Origin: Octopus vulgaris
Taxonomy: Eukaryota
Length of the DNA stretch: 64,000 nucleotides
NCBI GenBank assembly: GCA_951406725.2
Contig: OX597835.1
Location: forward strand, 11,966,001 to 12,030,000
Direction: 5' to 3'
Shown here one piece after another: positions 1 to 15,399 of the stretch (positions are counted from its first letter, which is position 1; each line of letters begins with the position of its first letter). The translations under genes and the position numbers were made by a program. The notes beneath the pieces are model-generated. The model searched no databases. It worked only from the letters and a program-made list of their open reading frames with translations, and was not told where the DNA came from.

Positions 1-159
1 ACTCTGCAGTAGTCAATCAGTTAATTCGATTTTGCCTTTCCTGGTTTGTTTACTGTATTTACTGTTTTGCTGAGCGTATAATGATTATTAGCAATATGAA
101 CATATAACTGTCATAATGAAGTTACTATGGAGATTTTATATTCTCAATAATCGAATCTA

Positions 160-215
160 AACACATACATACAAACAACCACACATATATAGTAATATAT
201 ATGTATGTACATATA

Positions 216-267
<52 letters not shown>

Positions 268-349
268 TATACGTACAACACGTACTTATATATATGTATA
301 TTTATATATATAGAGAGAGAGATATACATAAATATACATGGATATACAT

Positions 350-380
<31 letters not shown>

Positions 381-728
381 TCATACATATACATACACAC
401 ATATATATATGCACACATATATATATACATACATATATATATATGTATGTATATATATATAGATATATGTATATATACATATATGTACCATGTATATATA
501 TACATATACATACATATATATATACATACATATATATATGTATCATGTCTATATATACATATACATACACATATATATATATATACATATATACACATGT
601 GTATGCCTATATATATGAAATATATATAAATATATAGATATAAGTATACATATATATACATGTATGTGTGTATATTTAAATATATGTATATATACATACA
701 TACACACACATATATGTAATATATATGT

Positions 729-807
<79 letters not shown>

Positions 808-830
808 CATATATAATGTATAGATACGTA
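160..830. repeat. Compound (AT)n/(ATAC)n microsatellite
   Basis: Long degenerate TA/TATG runs; source of the YIYI ORFs. Confidence 0.95.
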
Positions 831-1679
831 TGAATAATTACAATCTTTACTGTGTCCCGTGTATTTGTGTTCTATTGTGGTTTAATAAGACTGTATTGGT
901 TGTGAATTCTCAGAAACAACGACGATACAAAATATAAATGGCTGCTTTCTGAATAAGTCAACATTATACTTATGATAATTGATATTATCGATTAAATGCC
1001 ATACGTCAGTATGAGCATAACTAACAGAAACTCATCGATGCCTTTTTTTTTCCCCTTCCGCAACACCTCATCACCGACAGAATTATCATCGTGGCCATTG
1101 CTACCGCTTCCACCACAACAGAACAGAGTAGACACGACGACAGCATGAAGGCCACTATAACCCTCGAATTGAGCACCACCACCACTACCAACACTAACAA
1201 AAACTACAACAAATATACCCCATCAAACTTTCATTCTTTTATATATACAAATGTTGTTGAATGAAACATTATTATTGCTTTCTATAGGATGTTATTGATT
1301 ATGGAGCCAAACGCCGATACTACGCAGTCCCTTATGTCCTTGACAATCAGCGAAGATATATAATAGTTTCTAGATTTCTGTTTTCCAGCATTCTCGTCTC
1401 ATTGTTGCTTTTGCTTCCTTCTTTAGAAATTTCCTTTATTATATTTAAGCCCATGTTTTCTTAACATTTTTCATTATTTTTCCATTATGTTTCTAGACAT
1501 TGGCCTTGCATTGTTGCAAATAAAACTCGCTTCTGCCTACGCTCCATCATCATCATCATCATCCTTATTTCCTTCTCAACAATGTTATCATTTATTATTA
1601 GTATTCCTGATTATTGAGGTTGTTTTTGCTAGTGTTGTTGTTGTTTACTGCTTTTTCTTCTTCTTCATCATTATCGTTA

Positions 1680-1682
<3 letters not shown>

Positions 1683-1738
<56 letters not shown>

Positions 1739-1879
1739 GGTCTTTGTGTTGTAGTTACATATAAATGCATATTACAATCGTAAAATACACTTTCGAAAAA
1801 TACGTACACAAACAAACATACACACATTATACACATGCACGCACAACACACGCACATACGCACATACGCACACACTCAC

Positions 1880-1968
<89 letters not shown>
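1683..1968. repeat. (ATT)n tract 1683-1738 and (AAT)n tract 1887-1968
   Basis: Pure trinucleotide runs. Confidence 0.95.
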
Positions 1969-1969
<1 letters not shown>

Positions 1970-2012
1970 TATTATATATATAGTATATTATGTATGTATG
2001 TGTGTGTGTGTG

Positions 2013-2062
<50 letters not shown>

Positions 2063-2206
2063 CCGGCCGAAACTTATCAAAGTAACAAAGTATATATATG
2101 TATATATATAAAATTAAATAAGGGTAGAAATTGATATTAATCAATTAATATATCTAGCATACAGGCTGTCCACTATTAGTGGTCATTCCTCTTAATTTTG
2201 TATATA

Positions 2207-2256
<50 letters not shown>

Positions 2257-2288
2257 CATACATATATATATATGTGTGTGTGTGTGTA

Positions 2289-2340
<52 letters not shown>

Positions 2341-2370
2341 TATATGTATATATATATGCCTATATATATA

Positions 2371-3060
2371 CTTTGATAAGTCTCGGTCGGTATTGGCCCA
2401 GGCCATGTCTAACTTAATAGCACCACCTGGCAAAGTCATCCAAATCAGGAATCGGACAACATGGCTCGCTCGAATAGAGAGTTATTGTCTATGGAGACAT
2501 ATCCGGGTGTAGGAGGTTTATCTGGGATTTCCTGAACAAATTTGTCTAAAGACTTCTTGAACCTTCTGGTTTCTGCCTTAATGTGTTTCAGTGTCATGTT
2601 AAATTGAGCAGTGGGGGTGCAATTGAGGTGAAATAATTGAGCTGTATTTTTATGAGATGCGTGTATGATTTATGTTGTGAGCCGATGGCACGGGACCCAA
2701 GCCTTAGGTGTATCTTAAAGTTGATGCCATCATCATATGGGCAATGCTGATGGAATATTTTCCGTATCAGGCAGATGATGAAGCGCTCATGGCGACGTTG
2801 GAGAGAATAGAGCTTGAGCATTTCTAGTCGATCCTAATAGTCAAGGCCTGTCATGACATCTATCTTTTTGGTAAGTAACATTTGTGTTGCTTCAACTTTC
2901 ATGATGCTTTGTTTCGTGTGGGGAGACCACAGTGGACAACAGTATTCAATGTGAGGTCGGGCAAATATGGAGAAAGAAAGGATAATGGTGTGGATATCTC
3001 TCGACTGGAAAATTCTGAGAATCCAGGAAAACATTCTGCAGGCCATGTCAACTTTGCTGT
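2371..3060 (-). mobile_element. CR1/L2-type LINE, 5'-truncated ORF2 C-terminus and 3' end (pseudogenised)
   Basis: Minus strand reads RPHIEYCCPLWSPH...LDY*DRLEMLKLYSLQRRHERF...LDKFVQEIPDKP, typical CR1/L2 post-RT motifs; in-frame stop at 2834-2836 where W is expected. Confidence 0.85.
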
Positions 3061-3176
3061 TTACATGAACTTATATTGTTGTCCAGAATTACTCCCTAGT
3101 CTCTGATATTTTTGGATGCCATGAGAGTTTCACCTGAAGGAAGGGAATATGGAAGTTTCAGGGTATCCCCTTTTCC

Positions 3177-3228
<52 letters not shown>

Positions 3229-3635
3229 CGAGAAAGAAAGAGATCGACATACATACACAAATATAGGCTAAATGAAAGCCTAGCCTGACACGCATAAATG
3301 CATACGATATAGATAAATAGATACATATATACATACATACATGCATACATATATATAGTTTGCTGTTCCGGTAAGTATTCCATGCAGTGGGAGGTAAATA
3401 TCATTTAATGTACATTGTATTAAAATAAAAGTTCTGAGCAAATGGTTTGTTGTATTTGAAAATTCAGCCGGCGATACAGGAGAAACCAATGTCCTGATTT
3501 TCAGGTAGAACAAATCATATTCTCAGAGACCGAGGATTGATTTGAGACGTAAGACATGTTATAAAACCTTTCTAAGCTCATGTCTTAATGGCAAACATGT
3601 TTTAGTAGCTCTTACTTTAATACACTATACATTGT

Positions 3636-3743
<108 letters not shown>

Positions 3744-3934
3744 CAACTGTTGTATATAAATTTACATAGCAAAATACAACAAGAATATGAACTGATTTCG
3801 AAATTTCATTAGAAATTGAAAAATGTCCCGAATCGCTATATTACCGAAAGGAGCACGTGTTTATATAGATCTTCTGCTTTGCAAGAATGGAACGAAAGCA
3901 AAAACTATAGGTATCAACAAAAATATATTATATA

Positions 3935-3968
<34 letters not shown>

Positions 3969-4003
3969 CGTGTGTTCTATCTATGTATCTATCTATCTAT
4001 CTA

Positions 4004-4061
<58 letters not shown>

Positions 4062-4526
4062 GGCATACACACATATGCATATATAACAGACATATGTATA
4101 TGTATTTCTAAATGTATACCAAAGCGGGCGAACATGCAGAGAAAGAGGGGAAGAGAGAGAGAGAGAACGGAATGCATGTTTTTCCTCGAACATATATTAT
4201 TTCGGTATTTTATTGTCATCTCTAACTTCATCTATTCCGGAAGCTGTATACAAAGCAAACTTTATTCATTGAGCAAATAACATACTCTTGTAATTGTTTG
4301 CCAAAACAGCACCCATCGGAAAAGTTCGTAATGGACTTTCATCAGCATCAACTCCAAACTTAACATTCACGAATATTTTAGGCGTTTTCTAAAGTATTTC
4401 CTTCTTTAATATGAGACTACATGTGCTGGTTAAATTCTTTGAACGCAACACATTTATACACTTGTCCGAAAGATTGAACTGGTGAGGTTAGAAGAACAGA
4501 CAGGTGAATGTCAGATTGCCTCTTGC

Positions 4527-4590
<64 letters not shown>

Positions 4591-4592
4591 TT

Positions 4593-4665
<73 letters not shown>

Positions 4666-4673
<8 letters not shown>

Positions 4674-4805
4674 GGTGTATACTGTCAATCTAACAAGAAC
4701 GTGACAGTAGGGGTTACACCACCGCTGTATAGCCCTAGCTGTATAGCGGTGGTGTACCCCCTACTGTCACGTTCTTGTTAGATTGACAGTATACAACCAT
4801 TCTAT
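4666..4805. repeat. Near-perfect 140-bp palindrome (68-bp arms, 4-nt loop) between (AT)n tracts
   Basis: atagaatgggtgtatactgtcaatctaacaagaacgtgacagtagg... mirrored by ...cctactgtcacgttcttgttagattgacagtatacaaccattctat. Confidence 0.95.
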
Positions 4806-4855
4806 CGCCCCACCACCGTACATGTCTCTACGAGAGATTTAGAAATTCAATATTT

Positions 4856-4885
<30 letters not shown>

Positions 4886-4890
<5 letters not shown>

Positions 4891-5182
4891 ATAAGATCGT
4901 TAATTTAAGAATAAAATAACGATTTTATCAAGTGGTCAGCATGGAAAAAATAACCTTCAAATGTAATAATTATTCAAATTATAAATTAGGGTATCTACGA
5001 TATACCACCATGCTGAAAATAGCATCTATGATCTGACTCTAAAACTGCCTTAATTGTCCATATATCACCACGGAGAAAAAACAAAGAGACAAGATATATG
5101 GACAATTAAGGTGGTTTTAGAGTAAGATCATGGCTGCTATTTTCAGCATGGTGGTATCTCGTAGATACCCTAATTTATAATT
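4886..5182. mobile_element. (AT)n-embedded fold-back element with 90-bp inverted arms (4977-5066 / 5093-5182), probably Penelope-derived
   Basis: Arms are reverse complements with about 6 mismatches; left arm is homologous to 61077-61200, which carries an HHR-like core. Confidence 0.6.
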
Positions 5183-5197
5183 ATATTATATATATAT

Positions 5198-5868
<671 letters not shown>

Positions 5869-6189
5869 AGTTAGTGTTTTCTAGAACGTTTGGTTAAATA
5901 GAGCGTTCATCCTTCGAATTCCCAAATAGCCGGTAGTACTATTATGGTATGCTACCAATTGTAGTCTCAGGTATTCCTCGTGAGTGAGAATTAAAAAGTA
6001 AAGAGTATACGAGTTAAAAGGAAGAGCAAGTACTGTTAGGCATGTGCAGAATAACATGTGAAACTAAATAAATGAACAGACAACGAGCCCATTGCCGCTC
6101 ATGTTGAACTTGATAACATACTCACAGCGAGAGGATTGAAACCGTCAGTGTTAGTTTCAAAGGAGCCATGGATATAATAGCGTTAAAAT

Positions 6190-6527
6190 CAAGATTTACT
6201 AACGGAGACAGCGATTAAATATCGCCTGAGATATTTTTCGAGCACATTCCAGAGTATCCGAGTGGTTCCAAGTAATGCTATATTCTGCAAGTGCTCCACC
6301 CTCATAGCAGCCCCTATTTGTTCCATGTACTTCTCAAGATTTTTACTCTCTATTCTCAGGGCTCCGACAATTATTGGTACTACTACCACCTTTTTCATCA
6401 ACTACAACTGCTTAACCTCCCAAGCTAATCTGTAATATCTATCGACTTTCTTTCTTCCTTATCGCATACCTTGTTTTCGGCAGGACATGCTATACCTATG
6501 ATCCAGCATAGTTTGCTTTCTTTCTCA
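6190..6527 (-). mobile_element. R4/Dong-type (RLE) non-LTR retrotransposon C-terminal endonuclease fragment
   Basis: KESKLCWIIGIACPAENKVCDKEE...KKVVVVPIIVGAL...LQNIALLGTTRILWNVL; frameshifted; abuts (ATT)n at 6528. Confidence 0.85.
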
Positions 6528-6601
<74 letters not shown>

Positions 6602-6603
6602 TT

Positions 6604-6634
<31 letters not shown>

Positions 6635-6641
6635 TATTATT
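6528..6641. repeat. (ATT)n microsatellite
   Basis: Trinucleotide run. Confidence 0.95.
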
Positions 6642-6649
6642 GTTCCTCC

Positions 6650-6861
6650 AGGGGATGAAGATGAGGGAATCTGTAACAAGGGTCCTGGACACCTTCTCTT
6701 GGGAGGACTTTCATGGGAGCTTAAAGAAGTGACAAGAGTTCTGCAACAAGTGCATTAAAGTCAGAGAGTCCTACTTTGAAGGAGAATAGACTTTTATAAT
6801 TGCACGAAATCAATGTCTGTCTTTCCTGAAAAGTCTCAAAACGTCTGGAAGGCACCTTGTA
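6650..6861 (+). mobile_element. Tc1/mariner transposase C-terminal remnant with 3' TIR
   Basis: EDFHGSLKK*QEFCNKCIKVRESYFEGE* matches the mariner C-terminal KCI...G.YFE motif; ends aaaagtctcaaaacgtctggaaggcaccttgTA. Confidence 0.75.
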
Positions 6862-7310
6862 ATCATGGTATTTTCTTGTTGGAATAATTGTTGGTGAGAA
6901 TGGTTGTATTTATGTCTTCATTAATAAGGTAAACGGATATTAAATTGAAACCAGATTTCAAATGGTATATTTGATTCGCATATTAGAGTTATTTTTCACA
7001 GTTACTATATCTTATATCCTATATATTACTGTGTGGAATGATATGGAAAACGAACTAGCAGTAATGTGTGTTTAATGTATATTAAGATATAGAGAACAAA
7101 ATACCAGTTGTGAGATCTGTTTAACAAGTGTTCCAAAACCCATAAAATATCGAGAAATTCCATATTTTGTGTTGAGTCAATTTTTCTAATAATTTTGCTT
7201 GAAATATTTTTTTATATCTCAAAGAACAGTTATGCCAGTGTTGATATGTATATGTATACTTGCGTAAACCTGCCTTTCTATATGCATACACACACACACA
7301 TATGTATATG

Positions 7311-7363
<53 letters not shown>

Positions 7364-7380
7364 TATACACTCACATATAC

Positions 7381-7436
<56 letters not shown>

Positions 7437-8299
7437 TTATATATATATGTATATGTATATACATATATATATGCATATATACATACATTTATATTTAATA
7501 TGCTATATATGTATATATATATATACACACAAAAACAACACACATACACACAGATACATACACACACACACATATATATATTATATTTATTATATTGTAT
7601 TATATATGCATATATATATGCATATCTTTGTAGAAATGTAATCATAAATTCTGTAAATCATAACAGCACTCAACATTACGTTAGGACTATATATAGATAT
7701 TACATTTGACGGATATAGATACATGGCTCGTGATTGAATGCTTGGCTATCTTACACAAAAAGACTTTTTTAGTAAACACAAGTTTCAATATATAGATATA
7801 ATTATAGATATCTATTCATGCAGCATAAAAAAAAAAACATATTCTACATCCCATTCTGTGGATCGCAGAAAAACCATCGCAATTTTGTTGAAGTAAATAA
7901 TATTGTTATCTACTCTCTTTTTGTCTGATTGTGTGTGTGTTTTTTTTACTCCTGGTTTAGTTTTCAATCTCTTCTGTTGCAATTTATTGTATGTTATTCT
8001 TCTATAGTGTAACTTGAACATTTACAATAACATAGCAATGTGTATGTATGTGCACGCGCATGTCTCTTTGCGTAGATGTATGTGTTTGAGTTTGTGTGTG
8101 TATTCGTGCACGCTTGTGCTCTTAAATTAATAGAATCTTTAGATTTATTCTTCTATTGAAGAACAGTGCTTGATATGAAATGAAAAAATATGGTTTATAT
8201 AATGTCGACGACAACAATACTAACAGTGATAATAATAATATCAATGATGATGATGAGGACGACAACGACGACGATAATGGTGATGATGATGATGATGAT

Positions 8300-8585
<286 letters not shown>

Positions 8586-8626
8586 CATAATCATCCTTTT
8601 ACTAGCCACACTGTATGTATATACAT

Positions 8627-8673
<47 letters not shown>

Positions 8674-8676
<3 letters not shown>

Positions 8677-8884
8677 CCATGTTGATTCGCTAGCCTCTGC
8701 ACGCATTTTTTTCTCTCCTTGTTTCTTTCTGTGTTTCTTTTCTGTGTATCTTTCTGTTGAAGAGCGTAGGCTCGAAACGTAAAAGACTTGTTTTATTTAT
8801 ATTCCTGAGCGCCATACTAGTACAATTGTTTGTTTGTATTCCACCTGCCTTCGTCTTTTGTTTATTTTCATAAAGCTTCCCGTT
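8674..8884 (+). mobile_element. (AT)n-embedded non-autonomous element with hammerhead-like motif (Penelope pLTR-like); second copy at 62586-62785
   Basis: About 210 bp homologous to 62586-62785; contains TCTTT-CTGTTGAA-GAGCgtagGCTC-GAAA-CG-TA-AAAGA at 8749-8786. Confidence 0.65.
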
Positions 8885-8909
8885 ATATATATATATATAT
8901 ATATATATA

Positions 8910-9290
8910 TACTCTTTTACTCTTGTTTCAGTCATTTGACTGCGGCCATGCTGGAGCACCGCCTTTAATCGAGCAAACCGACACCGGGACTTATTCTTTG
9001 TAAGCCCAGTACTTATTCTATCGGTCTCTTTTTCCGAACCGCTAAGTGACGGGGATGTAAACACACCAGCATCGGTTGTCAAGCAATGCTAGGGGGACAC
9101 ACACAAACACACACATACATATATATACATATATACGACAGGCTTCTTTCAGTTTCCGTTTACCAAATCCACTCACAAGGCATTGGTCGGCCCGGGGCTA
9201 TAGCAGAAGACACTTGCCCAAGATGCCACGCAGTGGGACTGAACCCGGAACCATGTGGTTTGTTAGCAAGCTACTTACCACACAGCCACT

Positions 9291-9293
<3 letters not shown>
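8910..9293 (-). mobile_element. tRNA-derived SINE family A, near full-length
   Basis: Head aggagtggctgtgtggtaag...ggttcagtccc (A/B-box-like), internal TA/CA tract, tail ...gactgaaacaagagtaaaagagta; about 10 copies in window. Confidence 0.92.
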
Positions 9294-9337
<44 letters not shown>

Positions 9338-10997
9338 CTTGAAGGGGTATGGTAAAAATGTCAGGCAAAATATTAGGACAGGTTAAAGATTTAGTTCACA
9401 TAAGGAATCATAGTAATTCATCCCTAACTTGTGAGACCAACCACCTTAGCAGATTGTGTTCTGTTTGAGAAGTCTACAATCGGCTTTCTTTTGATCTGCC
9501 GCACAGACATTTCTCACCTTTTGTAAGCAATAAAGATTTCGATTTGTTCTGAGTAATACCAATTGACGGTCGACTTGACAGTCGAATATCATCTTAGAGT
9601 AACCGCTATTTACACCTTCTTCACCAGTCCAATCAGCGACAATTTACTTAGCGCATTTGTAGGTTCATCATCAGATTTATGAGACTTTCCTCTGCTCCTC
9701 CGAATTGCTGAGAAGTTTAGACGTTTGGCATGGTTCCATACTTATGGATGCCTTAACCTATAGAGTTGCACACGATCTCTCCGGTGCTGGTAAATTTCTT
9801 GGGCACTGCAGTTACTTGTGGGATATACACCAATCCTTCCTCATTCAAAATGGTTCAATGACATTCAACTGTATAGATATTAGCTGTAGCATTTTCAAAG
9901 AGATTCTCTATCTCTCTCTATCTTACTGTTATTCACCCACTCTCTCGTTCTCTCTCCCTCTCTCTCCCTCTCTCTCTTTCTCTACTGCTTCTCTTTTCCC
10001 CTTTAATTTCTCTGTCCTTAGAATTTAAACAAACCAGGATACGTTTATAATATTAAGGTCAGGAATATTACCTTATTAATAAACCAGAAAATACCAGACG
10101 CTGCTACAAATTCTAAACCAAAAACTAACAAAACGCCGGAACATACAGAATGGAACCAGGCAAGATTTTATGGTAATAAAACCAGTAAGATTTACATTTC
10201 ATTTGCTGTGCAATTAAAAATGATTCATTTTGTATAAGAATTAGTTTACCTTCTACTAATTCTTTCCCAAATCGTTTTATTTTTATTTTTACTTCCATCA
10301 TGCTAATTCTTTTTCCAACCATTCTTCTGTTGAACACGTATCTTATTTAAAACTAATTTGTTCTCTCAGTTTTTTCTCTGGATCGAATATATTAAGACTA
10401 TATTATGATAGAATTTTATACCATAAAGTGTCAAAGCCTTTCTCCGTAGATCAACGACCTGCTCTTGGAAAATTCTATTATCTCACTATGTTTGCTATTT
10501 GTCTATAAATTTAAATTTCCATTCCTGTATTAACTCACAGTTTTCTTATTTTATATTTTCACATTTGGTTCATTCTTTAAAGGTTTCATTTGTTTGCTGC
10601 TTCTCCTTGTATGCCAATGGCGTAATAAATGCGATTTCTATGTGTGATATGTAAATCATTCAACGGATTTCCTTGTGAATGTTTCTTTTTATTCTTTACC
10701 ATACAAGTGTATTGTTATCAATATTTATATATAAAGGCCAGTATTGAAGCTTTATTATTTTGATTTTGTTTTATAGTTGTGGATATCTGTAGACGTTGGC
10801 AATAATGGAAAAAAAAGAAGAAAAAACACAGAAGCTGTTGATTTCTAAACAGATTTTGTATTGGTGGTGTTTCTTTCGTGTTGTCAACGGAATTGGTTTG
10901 TTTTTTGTTTGCCGTTGCAATGTTTAGAATATGAGGATATGAAATGTTTACACTTATGTAACCGTTTACATTTATACACACGCACACACACACACAA

Positions 10998-11605
<608 letters not shown>

Positions 11606-12095
11606 ATATACGTATATGCGCACGCGCGCGCGAACGAATGTGTGTGTGTTTGTGTTCGTTGCTTTCTGCAGTGTCCTTCATTGCGAGCACTTTGTCCAAT
11701 ATCTTTGCGCGTAATATATGAGCTCTATACGGCAAGGTCGTACCACTATTCATATTGCATTTTCTTAATAAGTATCTCAATAAGATATTGTAATAAGTAT
11801 GTTTAAGCTCATTTTAAACAACCCATGGGACTCGAGGCTTCACTATTGATATTCTTGTAATCTTTGTATATATTATTATTTACGTGTTTCAGAACTTCAC
11901 CCGCACTTTATGAAAGGGAAAATATTAGTTGGATTTTCGAAGGACGCGCATATAAATCCATATTAATCCATATAAACGTGTTTTCACACCTATTATTATC
12001 GAGAATGTTGTCTGCCAACAGAATTTTCAGAAATTTTTGGTTGTTTCTGGGAAATTGTCACAGCCTGCTGTTACTTACATACAAATATATATATA

Positions 12096-12138
<43 letters not shown>

Positions 12139-12140
12139 AG

Positions 12141-12250
<110 letters not shown>

Positions 12251-13220
12251 TATAAATACAAACTGTCTCCTATAAACATTATATTTAACCGTTTGGAAGA
12301 GAAACAGATTTCCAATTCAGAGATTAACTTGTTTTCGAATATGCATTATCTGGAACAGCCTCATTATGAATACTGCTACGAACTACGTATGTAGTTATTT
12401 TGACGAGGTACATGCAGAAAAGTTGACAAACATCCGCAAGAATTGGTTGTTATAGAAATGGCATATATTATCAAGTATGGGAGTAAATCACTAGTTACAA
12501 CTGGAAACAATGGCTTTAATTTAGAAATTGTTCTGTACGTTACCATCAATAGCATTCAGTGGATTACGGAACATATGCATAAACTGAAGAATAATCATTG
12601 GTTGAAACGGAAATAGATTTGATTTAATGACATTTATACACGATATCTCGTAGATAAGATATTTATCTTTTACCTTTGCTTATTCTAAATGCAACGAATT
12701 CCAGGAAAAGTGAAAATATAAAAGATCATAAAAAACTATGGATAATACAATAAATGAAATAGAATATAATTGTGCCACATAGAATATAACTTTATATTGG
12801 CCTTAAGGCTGTAACCATTCGAACATACCGTTGATCAGGTGCAACCGTATAAATCGAAGCAAATTTAATGCAAAATAGAATACACGAGAATTTAGTTCGA
12901 TTTTTTTTTCTGTTTCTTTTCTTTCAAATAACGTCGAAAGAACTGATTGCAGATGTGACCAATTCAGGAACTGCGGGTTCTACGAACCTTAGAACTGTTA
13001 ATAACCTACTTGTGAATGCCAAAATATTCCAGGATCAGCAACGAAATAAAGAAAATTTAGAAATGACTGTCGTTTGGTTTAGCAAATTATCTGCGTACAG
13101 ATACTGCACTATAATATCAATTTAAGGTTATCGCCATATATTTTCTATACAATTCAGAGCCAAAACAGTCAGTTACGACGTTTCGTAAGCAAACAAACCT
13201 AAACAAACAATTCTATCGAA

Positions 13221-13274
13221 GATAGGTGTACATGCATATTTCGAAGATTATTGCTCTCTCATCAGCACCTCATC
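13221..13274 (-). ncRNA. Minimal type I hammerhead ribozyme
   Basis: Minus strand AGGUG-CUGAUGA-GAGAGcaauaaUCUUC-GAAA-UAUGCAUG-UA-CACCU; canonical core, 5-bp stem I, near-palindromic stem III, GUA site. Confidence 0.75.
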
Positions 13275-13335
13275 CAACCAACGTCTAGTAGGCGACATTA
13301 AAATAATCTCTTAGCGGATAGTTGATTGGTTATAT

Positions 13336-13386
13336 AAAGTGCTAATGAGAGGACAATAATCCACGAAATATGGATGTACAGCATTT
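13336..13386 (+). ncRNA. Hammerhead ribozyme copy with G5A core change (probably inactive)
   Basis: aaagug-CUAAUGA-GAGGAcaauaaUCCAC-GAAA-UAUGGAUG-UA-cagcauuu; homologous to the 13221-13274 motif. Confidence 0.6.
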
Positions 13387-14336
13387 ACCTTCTTTATCTT
13401 CGATCACAGAAATCTGCTCGTTTACAAAAGGTCATAACTTAAAGTGTTGGCTCTGAATTCTATAGAAATTCTATATAGATAACACTAAACTAAAATAACA
13501 AGCACTGCTAACACACGTTGGGACACATTTTTGACTTAATGAACATATAATATACATAGCAGTTTATTGTGTTTACAAAACGAAATACTGCTACCTTACT
13601 AGCATATAAAAAAAATTTAACACAACGAGTAGAATTTAAACTCCAAATACCTTTTCTCTGTTATTACAATTCTCACTGCAACATTGTATGTATTTATATA
13701 TCCAGTTAAAATAATCGGTAGATTTTATTCAAAACATTTTAGATATGTTGCCTGTCATAATTTAAATTGTTCGTTCACTGATGGCCTCCTTCAAATAGGA
13801 AAAAGTATTTTGGTTCATTTCTATTCTCTGATTATGTATATTAAAGTCCGGTTCTGTGTTCCTGGTATGGAACGCTATTTGATTAATATGCACTTGTAAC
13901 AGCAACATCTGCGAGAAACCATTTAAAAGCTATCATTACTATACTCGTTTTTTCCCGACTTCTTACAAGTTCTTTATATTTATATAACGATCCTAGCTTA
14001 TTACATGAAAAGCTGAAGGAAAATGAAATTGCATGTCTTCTTGTTCAATAGATCAATCAAAATCTTCCCTTTTTAAGTAAGAAACGGGCTCATTATTCGT
14101 TAGTTCAATATTTTTGTTCTATTAACACGCATCCTTCTATCCAAGACAAAATTCTGTTGAAATAGGAAGCAACTATTGTAAGTATTCTCAAACTCTTTTA
14201 GATTTGAATTTGAAATTAACTTGACAAGAACTGATAGGTTCTTCACAATCTTTTATACATGCAATACGGAAATTAAAGTCAAAAATAAAACAGTCTGTAA
14301 CTGAGCGATAGTAGAGATTCATTTAACTCTATTTGT

Positions 14337-15275
14337 GTATACATACATACATACATACATACATACATAAATACATAAATACATACATACATACATACAT
14401 AAATACATACATAAATACATACATACATACATAAATACATACATACATACATACATACATACATACATAAATACATACATACATACATACATACATACAT
14501 ACATACATACATCATACATACATACATACATACATACATACATACATACATACATACATACATACATACATACATACATACATACATACATACATACATA
14601 CATACAATACATACATACATACATACATACATACATACATACATACATAAATACATACATACATACATACATACATACATACATACATACATACATACAT
14701 ACATACATACATACATACATACATACATACATACATACATACATACATACATACATACATACATAAATACATACATACATACATACAAATACATACATAC
14801 ATACATACATACATACATACATACATACATACATACATACATACATACATACATACATACACATAAATACATACATACATACATACATACATACATACAT
14901 AACATACATACATACATACATACATACATACATACATACATACATACATACATACATACATACATACATACATACATACATACATACATACATACATAAA
15001 TACATACATACATACATACATACATACATACATACATACATACATACATACATACAATACATACATACATACATGCATACATACATACATACATACATAC
15101 ATACATAAATACATACATACATACATACATAAATACATACATACATAAATACATACATACATATATACATACATACATACATAAATACATACATACATAC
15201 ATACATACATACATACATACATACATACATACATACATACATACATACATACATACATACATACATACATACATA
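14337..15275. repeat. (ACAT)n array, about 940 bp
   Basis: Tetranucleotide run with ATAA variants; source of MYVC ORFs. Confidence 0.97.
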
Positions 15276-15399
15276 CGTATGTATGTATATATGTATGCGA
15301 GTGTGGATGTACTTACGCTGTTTTTAATCATTAAATTCTTCCTCTGCAGAATGTGCTGCTATCTAACACATACAAAACTACATTGTTGGAATGTCGATA

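Larger units (their letters stand above)
13142..13468. mobile_element. Diverged inverted repeat pair (about 13142-13285 / 13320-13468), each arm carrying a hammerhead motif; inverted Penelope pLTR-like
   Basis: tttctatacaattcagagccaaaac...gttacgac vs gtcataacttaaagtgttggctctgaattctatagaaa; shared HHR blocks. Confidence 0.7.

Noticed and set aside
9076-9355. Recurrent peptides such as LSVSVYQIHSQGIGRPGAIAEDTCPRC (also 19208, 33138)
   Set aside because: Antisense read-through of SINE family A, not a gene family
9337-9850. Possible decayed mariner N-terminus (minus-strand DDIRLSSRPS); faint R4-like traces at about 13700-14270, 18300-20200, 47350-47900 and 54500-55060
   Set aside because: Too degenerate to bound or classify by eye; needs tBLASTn or RepeatMasker
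14279-15331. Long ORFs (350 aa MYVC repeats; likewise 34964-36091, 41426-42256, 54802-55574 and the many YIYI ORFs)
   Set aside because: Translations of microsatellites that lack stop codons; no coding evidence
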